From NCBI GenBank assembly GCA_965214705.1, contig OZ243972.1, positions 2,784,001-2,848,000 on the forward strand: 64,000 nucleotides of DNA, in the 5' to 3' direction. This document shows positions 10,153 to 21,177 of this stretch, piece after piece. The notes beneath the pieces are model-generated. The model ran no database searches. It saw only the letters and a list, made by a program, of their open reading frames with translations, and was not told the origin of the DNA. A program made the translations under genes and the position numbers. Every line of letters starts with the position of its first letter. The first letter of the stretch is position 1. Source of the stretch: Alphaproteobacteria bacterium (lineage in GTDB: Bacteria > Pseudomonadota > Alphaproteobacteria > UBA828).

Positions 10153-11654
10153 GAGCCACTTGCAAAACTCCCAGGCGCGGTCTGCTTTTCCCGAGAGCCC
10201 GGCGTGAGGACATTGACGGTCGGAACGTAACATGAACTTCGGGACGAGCGGACGTCGCTGGCTGCCGCCGGGGCGCCGATTCGCCGCAAACCGATGCCCA
10301 TGCGGGCGCATTTTGGACCCGCCGTCGCGATGCGGACATGGCTTTTTGCGCCTCCGCGGAGGGAGGCGTGCCGGCGTGACAGCGACGGAGGCGCCGCTCA
10401 GGCCAGGAGGCGCATCAGCTGGTCGACCGTGAGCACCAGGATGCCGAACATCAGGTGGCAATGAACCTTGGCATGGCCGCGCACGCGGACATGGCGGCCC
10501 CCGCAGTTGTCCTTCAGCCCACCGTTGATGCGCTCGATGTTCGAGCGCTCGTTGTAGCGCTCGTCCGCCGGGTGGCGGTGACCGACGCCTCTCTGCGCCC
10601 GGGCCTCGCGCGCCAGCTCCTCCTTGTACTCCTTGTCGCGAGGGTTGACGTCGATGATCGGGACGTGGCCCAGCAGGTAGCTGTGCCAGCCGATCTCGGG
10701 CGCGTCATAGGCTGAGTCCATGAGGTCGTACAGATTGGTGACGCGGTCGGCGGTCATACTCGCCAGCGGGATCGCGGCCTGGCTGTCGTGCAGCGAGGCG
10801 GACGTCAGGATGCAACTGATCGGAATGCCGCCATCGGCGGCGTCGATGTGCAGCTTGTAACCGATCCACGATGTGGTATGGCCCCTGGCGTTGCGCTTGG
10901 TGCCGACGTCGCAGGCTTTCGGCAGGTCGTCGAGCATCTGGGGCAAGCTCATCGTGAGCTGGCGTTTCACGCGGCGCTCCTCCTTGGGCCGCTCCTCGCC
11001 CTTGCGCGGGCGGCCGCGCTTGCGTTTCGGCTTCTCCGCCTTGGGCTTGGGCTGAGGCTTCTCGCGCGCCTCGATCGCCGTCGAGTCGCGCGAGACGTGC
11101 CCGACCAGATGGTCTCCGAGGGTCTGCTTGATCAGCGCCTCATGCACGCGAGCGGGCAACGCACTCTCGGAGAACTCCGCAAACGCCCGCGAAAACGTCG
11201 CCTCGCTCGGGATCTCTGCGGCATAGGTCCAGCCGCAGAGACGGCGTAGCGTCTTGTCGTTCTCAAGGCGCTCGATCAGGGCGCGCGTCGTGGGTACGTC
11301 GAACACCGCCTTGGCGATGAAGGCGCGGGCCAAGGCCGCCCGATCCTCGACCGGCCGACCGGGCAGGCCATGGAAATGGGGAAGGAAGCTCTCGACCCGC
11401 GCAAGCTCAAGCACGGTGACGAAGCGCCGGTACCTCTCGCCGAGCGGCCCGAGCTCCTCCTCAAGCCACGGGAAAAGATCCGCTTGAATGTGATGCCAGA
11501 ATCCGGATAGTGTCTGTCCCAGCGACATGGGGCCGCCCTCTCCGTCGATGTTGTCCGAAACCCGACAGGAACAGAGAGCGGTCCCGATTTCCAGGACAAT
11601 CTGACCGCCACGGCGGCAAAATCCCGCTCAAATGCGGAATTTTGCAAGTGGCTC
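10153..11654 (-). mobile_element. IS element copy 1 (IS5/IS1182-related DDE), 1502 bp
   Basis: 15-bp terminal IR GAGCCACTTGCAAAA; 4-bp target duplication TTAT at 10149-10152 and 11655-11658; second copy at 42517-44018. Confidence 0.93.
10398..11528 (-). CDS. DDE transposase
   Basis: SRDSTAI, GYKLH, HDSQ, MDSAYD, RSNIERIN motifs. Confidence 0.93.
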   Translation of the reverse strand: MSLGQTLSGFWHHIQADLFPWLEEELGPLGERYRRFVTVLELARVESFLPHFHGLPGRPVEDRAALARAFIAKAVFDVPTTRALIERLENDKTLRRLCGWTYAAEIPSEATFSRAFAEFSESALPARVHEALIKQTLGDHLVGHVSRDSTAIEAREKPQPKPKAEKPKRKRGRPRKGEERPKEERRVKRQLTMSLPQMLDDLPKACDVGTKRNARGHTTSWIGYKLHIDAADGGIPISCILTSASLHDSQAAIPLASMTADRVTNLYDLMDSAYDAPEIGWHSYLLGHVPIIDVNPRDKEYKEELAREARAQRGVGHRHPADERYNERSNIERINGGLKDNCGGRHVRVRGHAKVHCHLMFGILVLTVDQLMRLLA

Positions 11655-11684
11655 TTATGTTCTGCATTTTGATATTCGATTTTC

Positions 11685-12539
11685 GTGGTCGATTTGGACA
11701 CCAAGCAGCTCCGCTCCTTTCTTTGCCTTGCAATGGATCGGAGTTTCTCGAGGGCGGCCCGGCAAATGGGGTGTTCTCAGGCGACCATGTCAATCCGCAT
11801 CCAAAAGCTGGAGGACGCGCTCGGTATCCGCCTGTTCGAGCGGGGGCCTCACGAGGTGACGTTGACGGCCGAGGGGCGCGATCTGCTGCCCGATTTTCGG
11901 GCGTTCGTCGATGTGCAAGACCGCATGTACGAGCGCACGCAATCGTCGCGAGAAGTCGGCAGCGTCAGGCTCGGCGTCGCCGAGGGCTACGAGGCGGCGC
12001 TGCTGCCGGGTCTGCTCAAGCACATGTGGCAAGACCACGCCGCGGCAGAACTGGAAATTCGGTGCCAGCCGAGTTGGCGCCTGCAGCAGATGATCGAGGC
12101 GCGCACGCTGGATCTGGCGGTCGTGACATTGCCGGAGGAAGCGCCGCCGGCGGTGACGCTTTGCCGGACACCGCTCCACTGGGTGGCAGCCTCCAGGTTC
12201 GAGCTTGCTCCTGCGATGCCGGTACCGATCGCTTGGCACCCGGACACGTGCTTCTTCCGATGCGCTGCTGCCGCGGCGTTCAAGGATCGGGGCGTTCCCC
12301 ATCGCGAGGTCCTGTGCAGTGCCGATTCCCGGATCGTCCGGGCCGCCGTCGAAGCCGGCACCGCCGTCACTATCATGGCCGAAGGGACCGTTCCGGAGAC
12401 GTTGAGAGCGATATCCGATCCCTCGATCCTGCCGCCGCTCGGCACTGCCCCGATCCAGTTGCTGGAGCGGCCGGGCCTGCAGTCCGAGGCGTCGGGGGTG
12501 GTGAAGCGGAAGCTGGTGGACGCCTACCGGGAGGCATGA
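11685..12539 (+). CDS. LysR-family transcriptional regulator
   Basis: SFSRAARQMGCSQATMSIRIQKLEDALGIRLFER HTH. Confidence 0.92.
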   Translation: MVDLDTKQLRSFLCLAMDRSFSRAARQMGCSQATMSIRIQKLEDALGIRLFERGPHEVTLTAEGRDLLPDFRAFVDVQDRMYERTQSSREVGSVRLGVAEGYEAALLPGLLKHMWQDHAAAELEIRCQPSWRLQQMIEARTLDLAVVTLPEEAPPAVTLCRTPLHWVAASRFELAPAMPVPIAWHPDTCFFRCAAAAAFKDRGVPHREVLCSADSRIVRAAVEAGTAVTIMAEGTVPETLRAISDPSILPPLGTAPIQLLERPGLQSEASGVVKRKLVDAYREA

Positions 12540-12769
12540 ACGCCCCTCCCTGACTGGCACGCGTCGAGAGACCCCACAGCTTCTTTCGCCACGCGACGAA
12601 GCCGTCACCGGCAATCGCCTTGCCGGCTCTCCAGGAGCGGCGACAGAAATTTCGAGGGCGTGTTCGTAACTGCTTTGGAGACCGATTCCCGTAAAATTCC
12701 AATCGATTCCCAGCCCGAGATCAACAAATGAAAATCGCGCGTAAACGGCTCTTACCTTGTTGATTTTGT

Positions 12770-12845
12770 TGGTACGCCCGCCTGGACTCGAACCAGGGAC
12801 CCTCTGATTAAAAGTCAGATGCTCTACCACCTGAGCTACGGGCGC
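12770..12845 (-). tRNA. tRNA-Lys(UUU)
   Basis: Reverse complement GCGCCCGTAGCTCAGGTGGTAGAGCATCTGACTTTTAATCAGAGGGTCCCTGGTTCGAGTCCAGGCGGGCGTACCA: cloverleaf, anticodon TTT, TTCGA T-loop, encoded CCA. Confidence 0.97.
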
Positions 12846-12968
12846 GCCGCGGCGCCGAACGATAGGGAGGCACTGCCGGAGGGTCAAGCGGTCGTCCCCA
12901 TCGTGCTCGCTCTCGCCCCGGCCGCGCCCGTTTCGGCACCCGTCCGCGCGCTGTAAAGTATCGCCGCC

Positions 12969-14135
12969 ATGACCGAAGCCAAGACACCGGCCCTGCTGCC
13001 GACCGGCCTGCGCGACCTGCTGCCGCCCGAAGCGGGCGCCGAGGCCGCGCTTGCCGAAGCGCTGCTCGCGCGCTTCGCGGCGCAGGGCTACGAGCGGGTC
13101 AAGCCGCCGCTCGTCGAGTTCGAGGAGAGCATGTTGAGCGGCGCCGGCGTCGGGCTCGCCGACCAGACCTTCCGCCTGATGGACCCGGCTTCGCACCGCA
13201 TGATGGCCGTGCGCAGCGACCTCACGCCGCAGATCGCGCGGATTGCGGCCTCGCGGCTCTCGCGCAGCCCCCGGCCGCTGCGCCTGAGCTACGCCGGCGA
13301 GATCCTGCGCGTGCGCGGCGGCGAGCTGCGCCCCGAGCGCCAGTTCCGCCAAGTCGGCTTCGAGCTCATCGGCATCGGCGCCGGCGCCGCCTGCGATGCT
13401 GAAGTCATCCTGCTGGCTGCCGACGCGCTGCGCGGGCTCGGGCTGGAGGGCGGCCTCTCCGTCGATCTCAACGCGCCGACCCTGGTGGCGTCGCTGCTTG
13501 CCGAGGCGGGGCTCGATGCGCATGACGCCGCCGCGCTCCGCGACGCGCTCGACCGCAAGGACGCGGCGGCGGTCCAGGACGCGGACGGTGCCGTCGCGGG
13601 CTTGCTGGCGCCCCTGATGCGGGCCACCGGCGCGGCCGGGACGGCGCTCGACGCGCTGACGCAGCTCGTGCTGCCCGGCGCGGCGGCCGCGGCGCTGGCC
13701 CAGCTGCTGGAGGTGGCGATGCTGCTGCGCGAGGCGGCCCCCGCGCTCGCGCTCACCGTCGATCCCATCGAGTGGCGCGGCTTCGAATACCACACCGGCA
13801 CGAGCTTCAGCCTGTTCGCGGGCGGCGTGCGCACCGAGCTCGGCCGCGGCGGCCGCTACTCCGTGGGCGACGCCGGTGCGGAGGCGGAGGAGGCCGCCGG
13901 CTGCACGGTCTATGTCGACACGGTGCTCCGGGCCGCACCCGCGCCGCCGGCGCCGCGTCGCGTCTACCTGCCGCATGGCACGCCGCGCGCGGACGGTGCC
14001 GGGCTCCGCGACGAGGGCTGGATTACAATCGCGGGCCTCGCGCCCGAAGCGGACCCAGCCGTCGAGGCCACGCGGCTCGGCTGCAGCCACCTGTGGCGGG
14101 GCGGCGCCGTCCGGTTTCTCGCAGGAGAGGACTAG
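12969..14135 (+). CDS. hisZ: ATP phosphoribosyltransferase regulatory subunit
   Basis: LPTGLRDLLP, RSDLTPQIAR, RQFRQVGFELIG, YHTG, GRGGRY; upstream of purA. Confidence 0.93.
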   Translation: MTEAKTPALLPTGLRDLLPPEAGAEAALAEALLARFAAQGYERVKPPLVEFEESMLSGAGVGLADQTFRLMDPASHRMMAVRSDLTPQIARIAASRLSRSPRPLRLSYAGEILRVRGGELRPERQFRQVGFELIGIGAGAACDAEVILLAADALRGLGLEGGLSVDLNAPTLVASLLAEAGLDAHDAAALRDALDRKDAAAVQDADGAVAGLLAPLMRATGAAGTALDALTQLVLPGAAAAALAQLLEVAMLLREAAPALALTVDPIEWRGFEYHTGTSFSLFAGGVRTELGRGGRYSVGDAGAEAEEAAGCTVYVDTVLRAAPAPPAPRRVYLPHGTPRADGAGLRDEGWITIAGLAPEADPAVEATRLGCSHLWRGGAVRFLAGED

Positions 14136-14138
14136 CCG

Positions 14139-15431
14139 GTGGGCAACGTCGCGGTGGTGGGCTCCCAATGGGGCGACGAGGGCAAGGGCAAGATCGTCGA
14201 CTGGCTCTCCAGCCGGGCCGATGTCGTGGTGCGCTTCCAGGGCGGACACAACGCCGGCCACACGCTGGTGGTGGATGGCGTCCAGTACAAGCTGAGCCTG
14301 CTGCCGTCTGGCGTGGTGCGGGGCGGCAAGCTCTCCGTGATCGGCAACGGGGTGGTGGTCGATCCCTGGGCGCTGCTTGACGAGATCGACACCATGGCGG
14401 GGAAGGGCGTCCACGTGAGCCCGGAGACGCTGACGATCGCCGAGAACGTCTGCCTGATCCTGCCGATCCACCGCGAGCTCGACCAGGCGCGGGAGGAGGC
14501 GCGCGGCGGCGCCAAGCTGGGCACGACCGGGCGCGGCATCGGCCCGGCGTACGAGGACAAGGTCGGCCGCCGCGCCATCCGGCTTTGCGATCTGCGCGAC
14601 GTGAAGACGCTCAGGCCTCGGCTCGGCGAGCTGCTGCTCCATCACAACGCGCTCAGGCGCGGCTTTGGGATGCCGGATGCGGACGCCCTCCAGCTTGAGA
14701 GAGACCTGCTGGAAATCGCGCCTCGCCTGCTGCCCCTCGCGGCACCGGTCTGGCACCGGCTCGACCGCGCCCGGCAGGAGGGCAAGCGCATCCTCTTCGA
14801 GGGCGCGCAGGGGGCGATGCTCGACATCGACCACGGCACCTACCCCTTCGTCACCTCGTCCAACACGCTCGCCGGCCAGGCGGCGGCGGGTGCCGGGGTC
14901 GGGCCCGCGACCATCGGCTACGTGCTCGGCATCACCAAGGCCTATACGACGCGGGTCGGCGGCGGGCCGTTCCCCACCGAGCTCGACGACGAGGTTGGCC
15001 GCACCCTCGGCGAGCGCGGGCGCGAGTTCGGCACCGTGACCGGCCGCCCCCGGCGCTGCGGCTGGTTCGACTCCGTGCTGGTGCGCCAGGCGGTGAAGAT
15101 CGGCGGCATCAAGGGAATCGCACTCACCAAGCTCGACGTGCTCGACGGCATGCCGGAACTGAAGGTGTGCGTCGGCTACCGGCGCAACGGCGAGGTGCTC
15201 GACCACATCCCGGCCGCCACGGCGGATCAGGCCCTGGTGCGTCCGGTCTACGAGAGCTTCGACGGCTGGCAGGAGAGCACGCGGGGCGCGCGCTCCTGGG
15301 CCGATCTGCCGGCGACGGCGGTGAAGTACATCCGCCGGATCGAGGAGCTGATCGAGGCGCCGGTGGCGATGCTGTCCACCAGCCCCGAGCGGGAAGACAC
15401 CATCCTCGTCCACGACCCCTTCGCCGACTGA
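14139..15431 (+). CDS. purA: Adenylosuccinate synthetase
   Basis: [43 protein letters not shown]. Confidence 0.98.
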   Translation: MGNVAVVGSQWGDEGKGKIVDWLSSRADVVVRFQGGHNAGHTLVVDGVQYKLSLLPSGVVRGGKLSVIGNGVVVDPWALLDEIDTMAGKGVHVSPETLTIAENVCLILPIHRELDQAREEARGGAKLGTTGRGIGPAYEDKVGRRAIRLCDLRDVKTLRPRLGELLLHHNALRRGFGMPDADALQLERDLLEIAPRLLPLAAPVWHRLDRARQEGKRILFEGAQGAMLDIDHGTYPFVTSSNTLAGQAAAGAGVGPATIGYVLGITKAYTTRVGGGPFPTELDDEVGRTLGERGREFGTVTGRPRRCGWFDSVLVRQAVKIGGIKGIALTKLDVLDGMPELKVCVGYRRNGEVLDHIPAATADQALVRPVYESFDGWQESTRGARSWADLPATAVKYIRRIEELIEAPVAMLSTSPEREDTILVHDPFAD

Positions 15432-15453
15432 TCCCTCACGATCGTTGCCGGGC

Positions 15454-16437
15454 TCACCCCGGCCCGCTCCACGCCGCGGGATAGGCCGGAGGGCCGGTGG
15501 GCCAGAGCCGGCGCTCCGCGTCCCGCCGTCTCATCTCGACCTCGTGCGCGACCCATCCATCCGGCCCTTCGCGCGGGTGGTCTGCGTCGCGCGCTTTGCG
15601 TGCGCGGCAATCATCCTTCGCCCCGCGCACGCGGTCGGCATCTTGCTCTGCGCGCGGGTGTTCCGCATCCTGCGCTCCGCGCACGTGGCCCGCATCCTGT
15701 GCGTCGGGCTTGTCCAGTTCGTCGTCGCGCGCCCCGCGCGCGCCCATTGCGCCGTTGTGTGCCGCAGTCGCATCCCACTCGTTTTGTGCCTCATCGTCGG
15801 CAGGCGCGTCGGGCGTGGGGCCCGGCGGCGCAGCGTGGGACTCCCCGGCTGGGGCAGCCGCCTCGTCGGGCATCGGCGACGGCCAGTCCCCGCCCCTGGA
15901 AAAGGATTCCTCCTCGGCGACCCGGCGGACGATGGCGACTTTCTCCTCATAGGGGAGATTTCTGCGCCTGGCCGCCTCGCGTTGGGCGGCGGTGTCGGCC
16001 GTTGCCTTCTCGTTCGCGATGCGGAGCTTTTCGGCGGCCTCGATGCGATAGAGCATGAGAGCGAGGCGGGCGAGCTCCTCCGTCGATGCGGGCTCGTCGC
16101 GCCCGCTCAGCTCGGCGATCTTGCGCAGTGCCAGGCCTCGCAGGGCCTCGAGGGCGACGCGCCCGATACGCCCTTCGGCGCCGGGCTCGCGCGCCTGGTC
16201 CCAATCCTCGGCAAAGCTCTCGCTCTCGCTCAGCAGGCCCGTCAGGTCGTCCATGCACCCGGCGTCGCGGTCGGACGGCGCAGGGTCGTCATCCTCCGCG
16301 CCGATGCGAGCTGCGATCTCGTCGGTGGAGGCGCCGTCGTCGAACGCCGCCAAGATGCAGTCCAGGATGGCGGGATGTCCGCCCGGCGCGCTCCCGCCCA
16401 ACGCGCTTGTGGTGGCCTGCATGCTTTCGCTCTGCAT
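15454..16437 (-). CDS. Hypothetical protein with five imperfect 9-aa repeats
   Basis: Long GC-biased ORF; AQDAGHVRG/AQDAEHPRA/EQDADRVRG/AKDDCRARK/ARDADHPRE; start uncertain. Confidence 0.55.
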   Translation of the reverse strand: MQSESMQATTSALGGSAPGGHPAILDCILAAFDDGASTDEIAARIGAEDDDPAPSDRDAGCMDDLTGLLSESESFAEDWDQAREPGAEGRIGRVALEALRGLALRKIAELSGRDEPASTEELARLALMLYRIEAAEKLRIANEKATADTAAQREAARRRNLPYEEKVAIVRRVAEEESFSRGGDWPSPMPDEAAAPAGESHAAPPGPTPDAPADDEAQNEWDATAAHNGAMGARGARDDELDKPDAQDAGHVRGAQDAEHPRAEQDADRVRGAKDDCRARKARDADHPREGPDGWVAHEVEMRRRDAERRLWPTGPPAYPAAWSGPG

Positions 16438-16893
16438 GCCGCGAGTCTGCCGCGCCCGGTGGGCGCCGTGCACCGCACCATGGTCCGGTGAGTCTTGGCG
16501 GCAACGGACGAGGCGTTTGCCATGTATCGTGCCGGGCTGCGAAGCAGCCCGGAGCGCGCGCCCGGCGCCTGAGGGAAATGAAAGAGTCAGCCCGGACGGC
16601 GCGATAGCGCCGCGCGGAAACAGACAGAGCATTTGCCAAGTGTGGAGCCAGGCTGCGGAGCAGCCTGGAGCGCGCGATCGCGCGCCGCGCCGAAGGCGCG
16701 GAGACTAACGAGTGATTGTATCGTTAGGCATGTTCGAAAGGACATAAGGTGACATTTGGTGGTATATTGCAATGGTTTAGGAGAACACTGCGAAGCATTT
16801 CACCTTTTCGAGGCGACATGAGATGCCTTTCGGTTCCTTTCGCGTGTTGGGCTATGTGTTGACAGATGGCTGCCTCCATGATCCAATGACGCC

Positions 16894-18180
16894 ATGAACA
16901 CCAAGCCGGGAAAACGCGTCGCCAAGACCAAGATTACCATCACCAAGCGTGCCGTCGATGCCCTCAAGCCTGGCGACAAGCCCTGGATCGCGTGGGATGA
17001 CAGGCTCACTGGCTTCGGCGTCAGGGTGCACCCCACCGGCGCCAAGTCATTCATCGTCAACTACCGTGCGGGTGACGGCGGCAGGAAGGCGCCGAACAAG
17101 CAGGTCGTGCTCGGCCGATATGGCAAGATCGCGCCCGGTCAGGCCAGGCGCCTGGCCCAGACCACCCTCGGCAAAGTAGCCAGCGGCGAGGACCCGGCTG
17201 AGGAACGTGCGCAGGCGCGAGGGATGCCGACCCTGGCGGATGCGCTCAAGGACTACCTGGGTGCCAATCCCAACCGCTCCGAGAGCACCAACAAGCTCTA
17301 CCGCTACGAGGCCGAGCGCTATCTCGGTGACTGGCTCAGCCGCCCACTCGATTCCATCACGCGGCGCGAGGTGGAGGCCCGCTTCAACCGTATTACCGTG
17401 GACCACGGCTGGTCACCGGCCAACCACGCGATGTCTCTGCTGCGTTCCGTCTACCGCCGTCCCTGCGTCGATCTCGAAGGTCTGCGCAACCCGGTCGACC
17501 TCTGGCTTGTCGCAGGCGGGAAGTTCCATCGCAAGACGCGACGCAAGATCTCCACGCCCGCCGAGGTGCTGCCCTGTTGGCGAACCGGCATCGAGGCCGA
17601 GGTCAAGATGCCGGCCATGAGTGACGCGCTGTGGTTCGGGCTTTACACCGGCATGCGGCTGAGAGAAGTCCTGACACTGCGCTGGGAGCGAGTAGACATG
17701 GCGTCGCTCACCTTCCGCGTCGAGCAGACCAAGACCCGGGTCCCTCTTGAGCTTCCGATCACCCGACAACTGGAACTCATCCTCGAAAGGCGTCGGGCGG
17801 CGAGGGCGGCGGTGCCGGGCACCGTGCGGGACTGGGTGTTCCCCTCTCCGGCCAGCAAGTCCGGGCATGTCGAGGATCCGCACTATCTCTACCCGCGCAT
17901 CACGAAGACGGGCGGTGCGAAGTTCTGGTTCCATGCGTTCCGCAACTGCTTCATCACGGTGGCCGAACGGGACTTGATGCTTCCCTCGCCGTTGACCAAG
18001 CGCCTTGTGAACCACGCCAGACCCAACGACGTGACGGAGGGCTATGCTGCGGACTGGACGATCGCCCAGCTCCGAGAGCCGGCTCAAAGGGTTGCCGATC
18101 GGATTGAGGCGCTGATGGGCACCGCGCCGGAGGTCACCGCCGAACAGGATGATATTCAGGTCGGCGCCGGGTCTGGCTGA
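16894..18180 (+). CDS. Tyrosine integrase with N-terminal arm-binding (DUF4102-like) domain
   Basis: WDDRLTGFGVRV N-terminus; catalytic TGMR, K, HAFR, NH, Y residues present. Confidence 0.92.
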   Translation: MNTKPGKRVAKTKITITKRAVDALKPGDKPWIAWDDRLTGFGVRVHPTGAKSFIVNYRAGDGGRKAPNKQVVLGRYGKIAPGQARRLAQTTLGKVASGEDPAEERAQARGMPTLADALKDYLGANPNRSESTNKLYRYEAERYLGDWLSRPLDSITRREVEARFNRITVDHGWSPANHAMSLLRSVYRRPCVDLEGLRNPVDLWLVAGGKFHRKTRRKISTPAEVLPCWRTGIEAEVKMPAMSDALWFGLYTGMRLREVLTLRWERVDMASLTFRVEQTKTRVPLELPITRQLELILERRRAARAAVPGTVRDWVFPSPASKSGHVEDPHYLYPRITKTGGAKFWFHAFRNCFITVAERDLMLPSPLTKRLVNHARPNDVTEGYAADWTIAQLREPAQRVADRIEALMGTAPEVTAEQDDIQVGAGSG

Positions 18181-18309
18181 GACGAGGCACGGCGACGGTT
18201 TCGACCGAGAAGCGTTGACCGAGAGAGGCAAGCATCACGAGAGGGCCGGAGGCATTTCGCATCGGGTTGCGGCGTTCGGGCGGCAATGACGGCCTGGCGA
18301 GGACGAACG

Positions 18310-19305
18310 ATGACAGTCGAACTCGATCTGCGCGAAGACACTGCCATCTTCCGTTACCCATCGGGATACGACCGGATCGTCAATGAGCTGGACGGTCTAC
18401 TGGACCGGCGGGACAGAGGAGAGCTCGCGGATGCCGGATACGTGAGCGGACTGGAGGATCTCGTTGCGCGCCACCCCTGGTTCATCGATGGCCACGCACA
18501 CCTGGGAAGCGCACTTTACCGGCAGGGCGAGACCGAAAGTGCGCTGGATGCCTGCATGCGGGGCTATTCGCTGGGCACGGAACTACTGACGCCGGACATG
18601 CAGGAGCTTGTCGAATGGAGCCACCTGGAGAACCGTCCGTTTCTGCGCGCGGCCCACGGCGCCGCTCTCTGTCATTTGCGGCTGGGCGGGCGGGAGGAAG
18701 CCATATCTGTCATGGAGCGGATCCTGCTGTGGAACCCCGACGACAATCAGGGCATCCGCTTTCTGATCGGCTCGGAATACTTGCGTACGGGCCAGGAGGG
18801 CCGTGCCGAGACGTTCTTCGAGACGGAGGCGCCGGGCTATCCTCCGTACTGGTACGAGAAGGCGCTTCTGTTTCTGCGCCAGGACAGGCATGTGGCGGCG
18901 GCGACCAGCCTGCGCCGCGGGTTCGTGGAGAACGGCTACATCGCGGAGATTCTTTGCGGGAACCCTGACCCTCGCCCGATCGGGATCTGGCACGGGTGGG
19001 CCTTTGCCGAGCCGGAACTGGCGAAGGAGTATGCGGATTCGTATGGCGGCCTGTGGCACGAGACTGCGCACGCGATTTCCTTTCTGCGCTGGCTGCACAT
19101 GCATCCCGTGATCATGTCCGAGCGCGCTGCCATCCTTGAGCTGAGCGAGCGTCTTCTCTGGGAGTTCGATGTCGAGCGGCGCGAGTCGATTTCGCGGATG
19201 CAGGATGAAGCATTGGCGCTGATCGACGACGAGCTGTCGGAGGAGATTGTGATCGATCGCGCCGACAGACGCGGGAGTGCGGTCTCTCCCTGGCTTTTTT
19301 CGTGA
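18310..19305 (+). CDS. TPR-like helical repeat protein
   Basis: FIDGHAHLG, ENRPFLRA, NPDDNQGIRFL helical-repeat pattern. Confidence 0.7.
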   Translation: MTVELDLREDTAIFRYPSGYDRIVNELDGLLDRRDRGELADAGYVSGLEDLVARHPWFIDGHAHLGSALYRQGETESALDACMRGYSLGTELLTPDMQELVEWSHLENRPFLRAAHGAALCHLRLGGREEAISVMERILLWNPDDNQGIRFLIGSEYLRTGQEGRAETFFETEAPGYPPYWYEKALLFLRQDRHVAAATSLRRGFVENGYIAEILCGNPDPRPIGIWHGWAFAEPELAKEYADSYGGLWHETAHAISFLRWLHMHPVIMSERAAILELSERLLWEFDVERRESISRMQDEALALIDDELSEEIVIDRADRRGSAVSPWLFS

Positions 19306-19917
19306 GGTTCCGGCAGACCGCGAGCCTGGGGCCGGCCGAGACAGGACGGGTTCGAGGCACGGCAGCGTCCCGCCGACCGTCAGCAGTGCGGTTCGATTAT
19401 TCCGGTCGGGGAGGTCGCGAGCGAACTGCTTGAACCGGAAGCGGAGCGCAGCGAGACGGTCTTGGCGTTCTCACTATCGGTCGGCTCCTGCGCGACCGCA
19501 GACAGCCGTCACGAACACGCGCCAGCGGGGTCTCGAACGGTGTCGCAGCTTCCGAGGGAATCGCGGTCATCAATGTTGAGACACTACCGATTGCGGAACA
19601 CGTTCTCGACACGAGCGTGGCCGCCCGGCAGATGGAAGATTTCGCTCCGCGTTACACGGGCGTCCCGCCCCTTTCCTCGCGACGACCGGACGGCGCACAT
19701 TCGCGAGGGGCGACAGCTCGCCGGCCTTGGCGCCGGCGCACCGGCGTGTTATCGGACCGCCCCGCCACAGGATCGGAGACCCGTACATGGCGACTTCCCA
19801 ACCCCGCATGTTGTCAAGCGCGCCTTGTTGACCCGCCGCAATGCTGCAAGATCAAGGAATTGCCGCGCCGAGCGGCACCGAACCTACGCGCCGAGCAACA
19901 GGTGACGGGAGGCGGCA

Positions 19918-21177
19918 GTGGATAACCTGGAAAGACTCGATTCTCTTCTTGGAGAATTCGACGAGTTGGGTCGGCATTCTGTGGGCTATCCCTGCAATCT
20001 GGATTTCGATTTCACAGCACTTCTGCCCTTCATGCAATACGCTCTCAACAACGTGGGCGACCCTTTCCACGACAGCAACTACCAAAGCAACACCCACCGG
20101 ATAGAGCGCGAGGTCATCGGCATTTTCGCCGATTTGATGCACATTTCGCGCGAACAGGTGTGGGGTTACGTCACGTCGGGCGGCACCGAGGGCAACATGT
20201 ATGGCCTGTACCTGGGGCGGGAGCTCTATCCGGACGGCGTGGTCTATTTCTCCCAGGATACCCACTACAGCGTGGTCAAGATCATGAGCGTGCTGAAGGT
20301 GCGCAACATCATGATAAGGAGCCAGGACAACGGGGAAATCGATTACGGCGACCTCCACGAGACGATTCGCATCAACCGGGACGTGCCCGCAATCGTGATG
20401 GCGAACATCGGCACGACGATGAAGGGCGCGATAGACGACGTGGGCAAGATCCGTGACATCCTGGACGACCTCGCGGTGACCAGGTCCTACTTGCACGCGG
20501 ATGCTGCCCTGAGCGGCATGATATTGCCGTTCGTGGAGGATCCGCAGCCCTACGGGTTCGATGCCGGGTTCGACAGCGTTGCGATCAGCGGACACAAGAT
20601 GGTCGGCTCGCCTCTGCCCTGCGGTGTCGCGCTGACCCGGCGCGAGTACGTCTCGCGCATCGCGCGCGCGGTCGAATACGTGGGCGTCTTGGACACCACG
20701 CTCACAGGCTCACGCAACGCGCTGACGCCGCTGATGATGTGGTACGCGTTCGAGCAGAAGGGGGTGGAGGGCTTCAGGCGCATCGTGAACAGGTACCTTC
20801 AGATTGCGGAATACGCGGTCACGCGCTTCAACGACGGCGGCATTCCCGCATGGCGCAACAGGAACTCGGTCACCGTCGTGTTTCCCAGGCCGCCGGCGGA
20901 TGTCGTGCGCAAGTGGCAGCTCGCGCCCTGCGAGGACATCGCGCACCTCATCGCGATGCCGCACATAACGCGCGAGACCATCGACGCCGTGGTGAACGAC
21001 TGCATGCGTGGAGCAACGGCACCAAAGGACGAAACGGGGACAACCGCACGACCAGGATCGTCGTCATCGCCAACAACGAGGCGGGCGTCATCGCCGACAT
21101 CGCCGGAGCCTTGGCCGAGCGCGACATCAATATCGAGACCATCAGTGCAGAGGCACTCGGGGAGAAGGGCGCGATAA
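19918..21177 (+). CDS. hdc: PLP-dependent histidine decarboxylase (ancestral stop probably at 21049-21051)
   Basis: GYP, NNVGDPF, WGYVTSGGTEGN, THYSV, HADAALSG, SGHK (PLP lysine), GSRN. Confidence 0.88.
   Translation: MDNLERLDSLLGEFDELGRHSVGYPCNLDFDFTALLPFMQYALNNVGDPFHDSNYQSNTHRIEREVIGIFADLMHISREQVWGYVTSGGTEGNMYGLYLGRELYPDGVVYFSQDTHYSVVKIMSVLKVRNIMIRSQDNGEIDYGDLHETIRINRDVPAIVMANIGTTMKGAIDDVGKIRDILDDLAVTRSYLHADAALSGMILPFVEDPQPYGFDAGFDSVAISGHKMVGSPLPCGVALTRREYVSRIARAVEYVGVLDTTLTGSRNALTPLMMWYAFEQKGVEGFRRIVNRYLQIAEYAVTRFNDGGIPAWRNRNSVTVVFPRPPADVVRKWQLAPCEDIAHLIAMPHITRETIDAVVNDCMRGATAPKDETGTTARPGSSSSPTTRRASSPTSPEPWPSATSISRPSVQRHSGRRAR

Noticed and set aside
11790-15413. 1207-aa minus-strand ORF and similar long shadow ORFs (e.g. 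4564-6312, 23793-26171, 48134-50005, 53319-55283)
   Set aside because: Antisense or alternate-frame shadows of real genes in high-GC DNA; the first even spans the tRNA.
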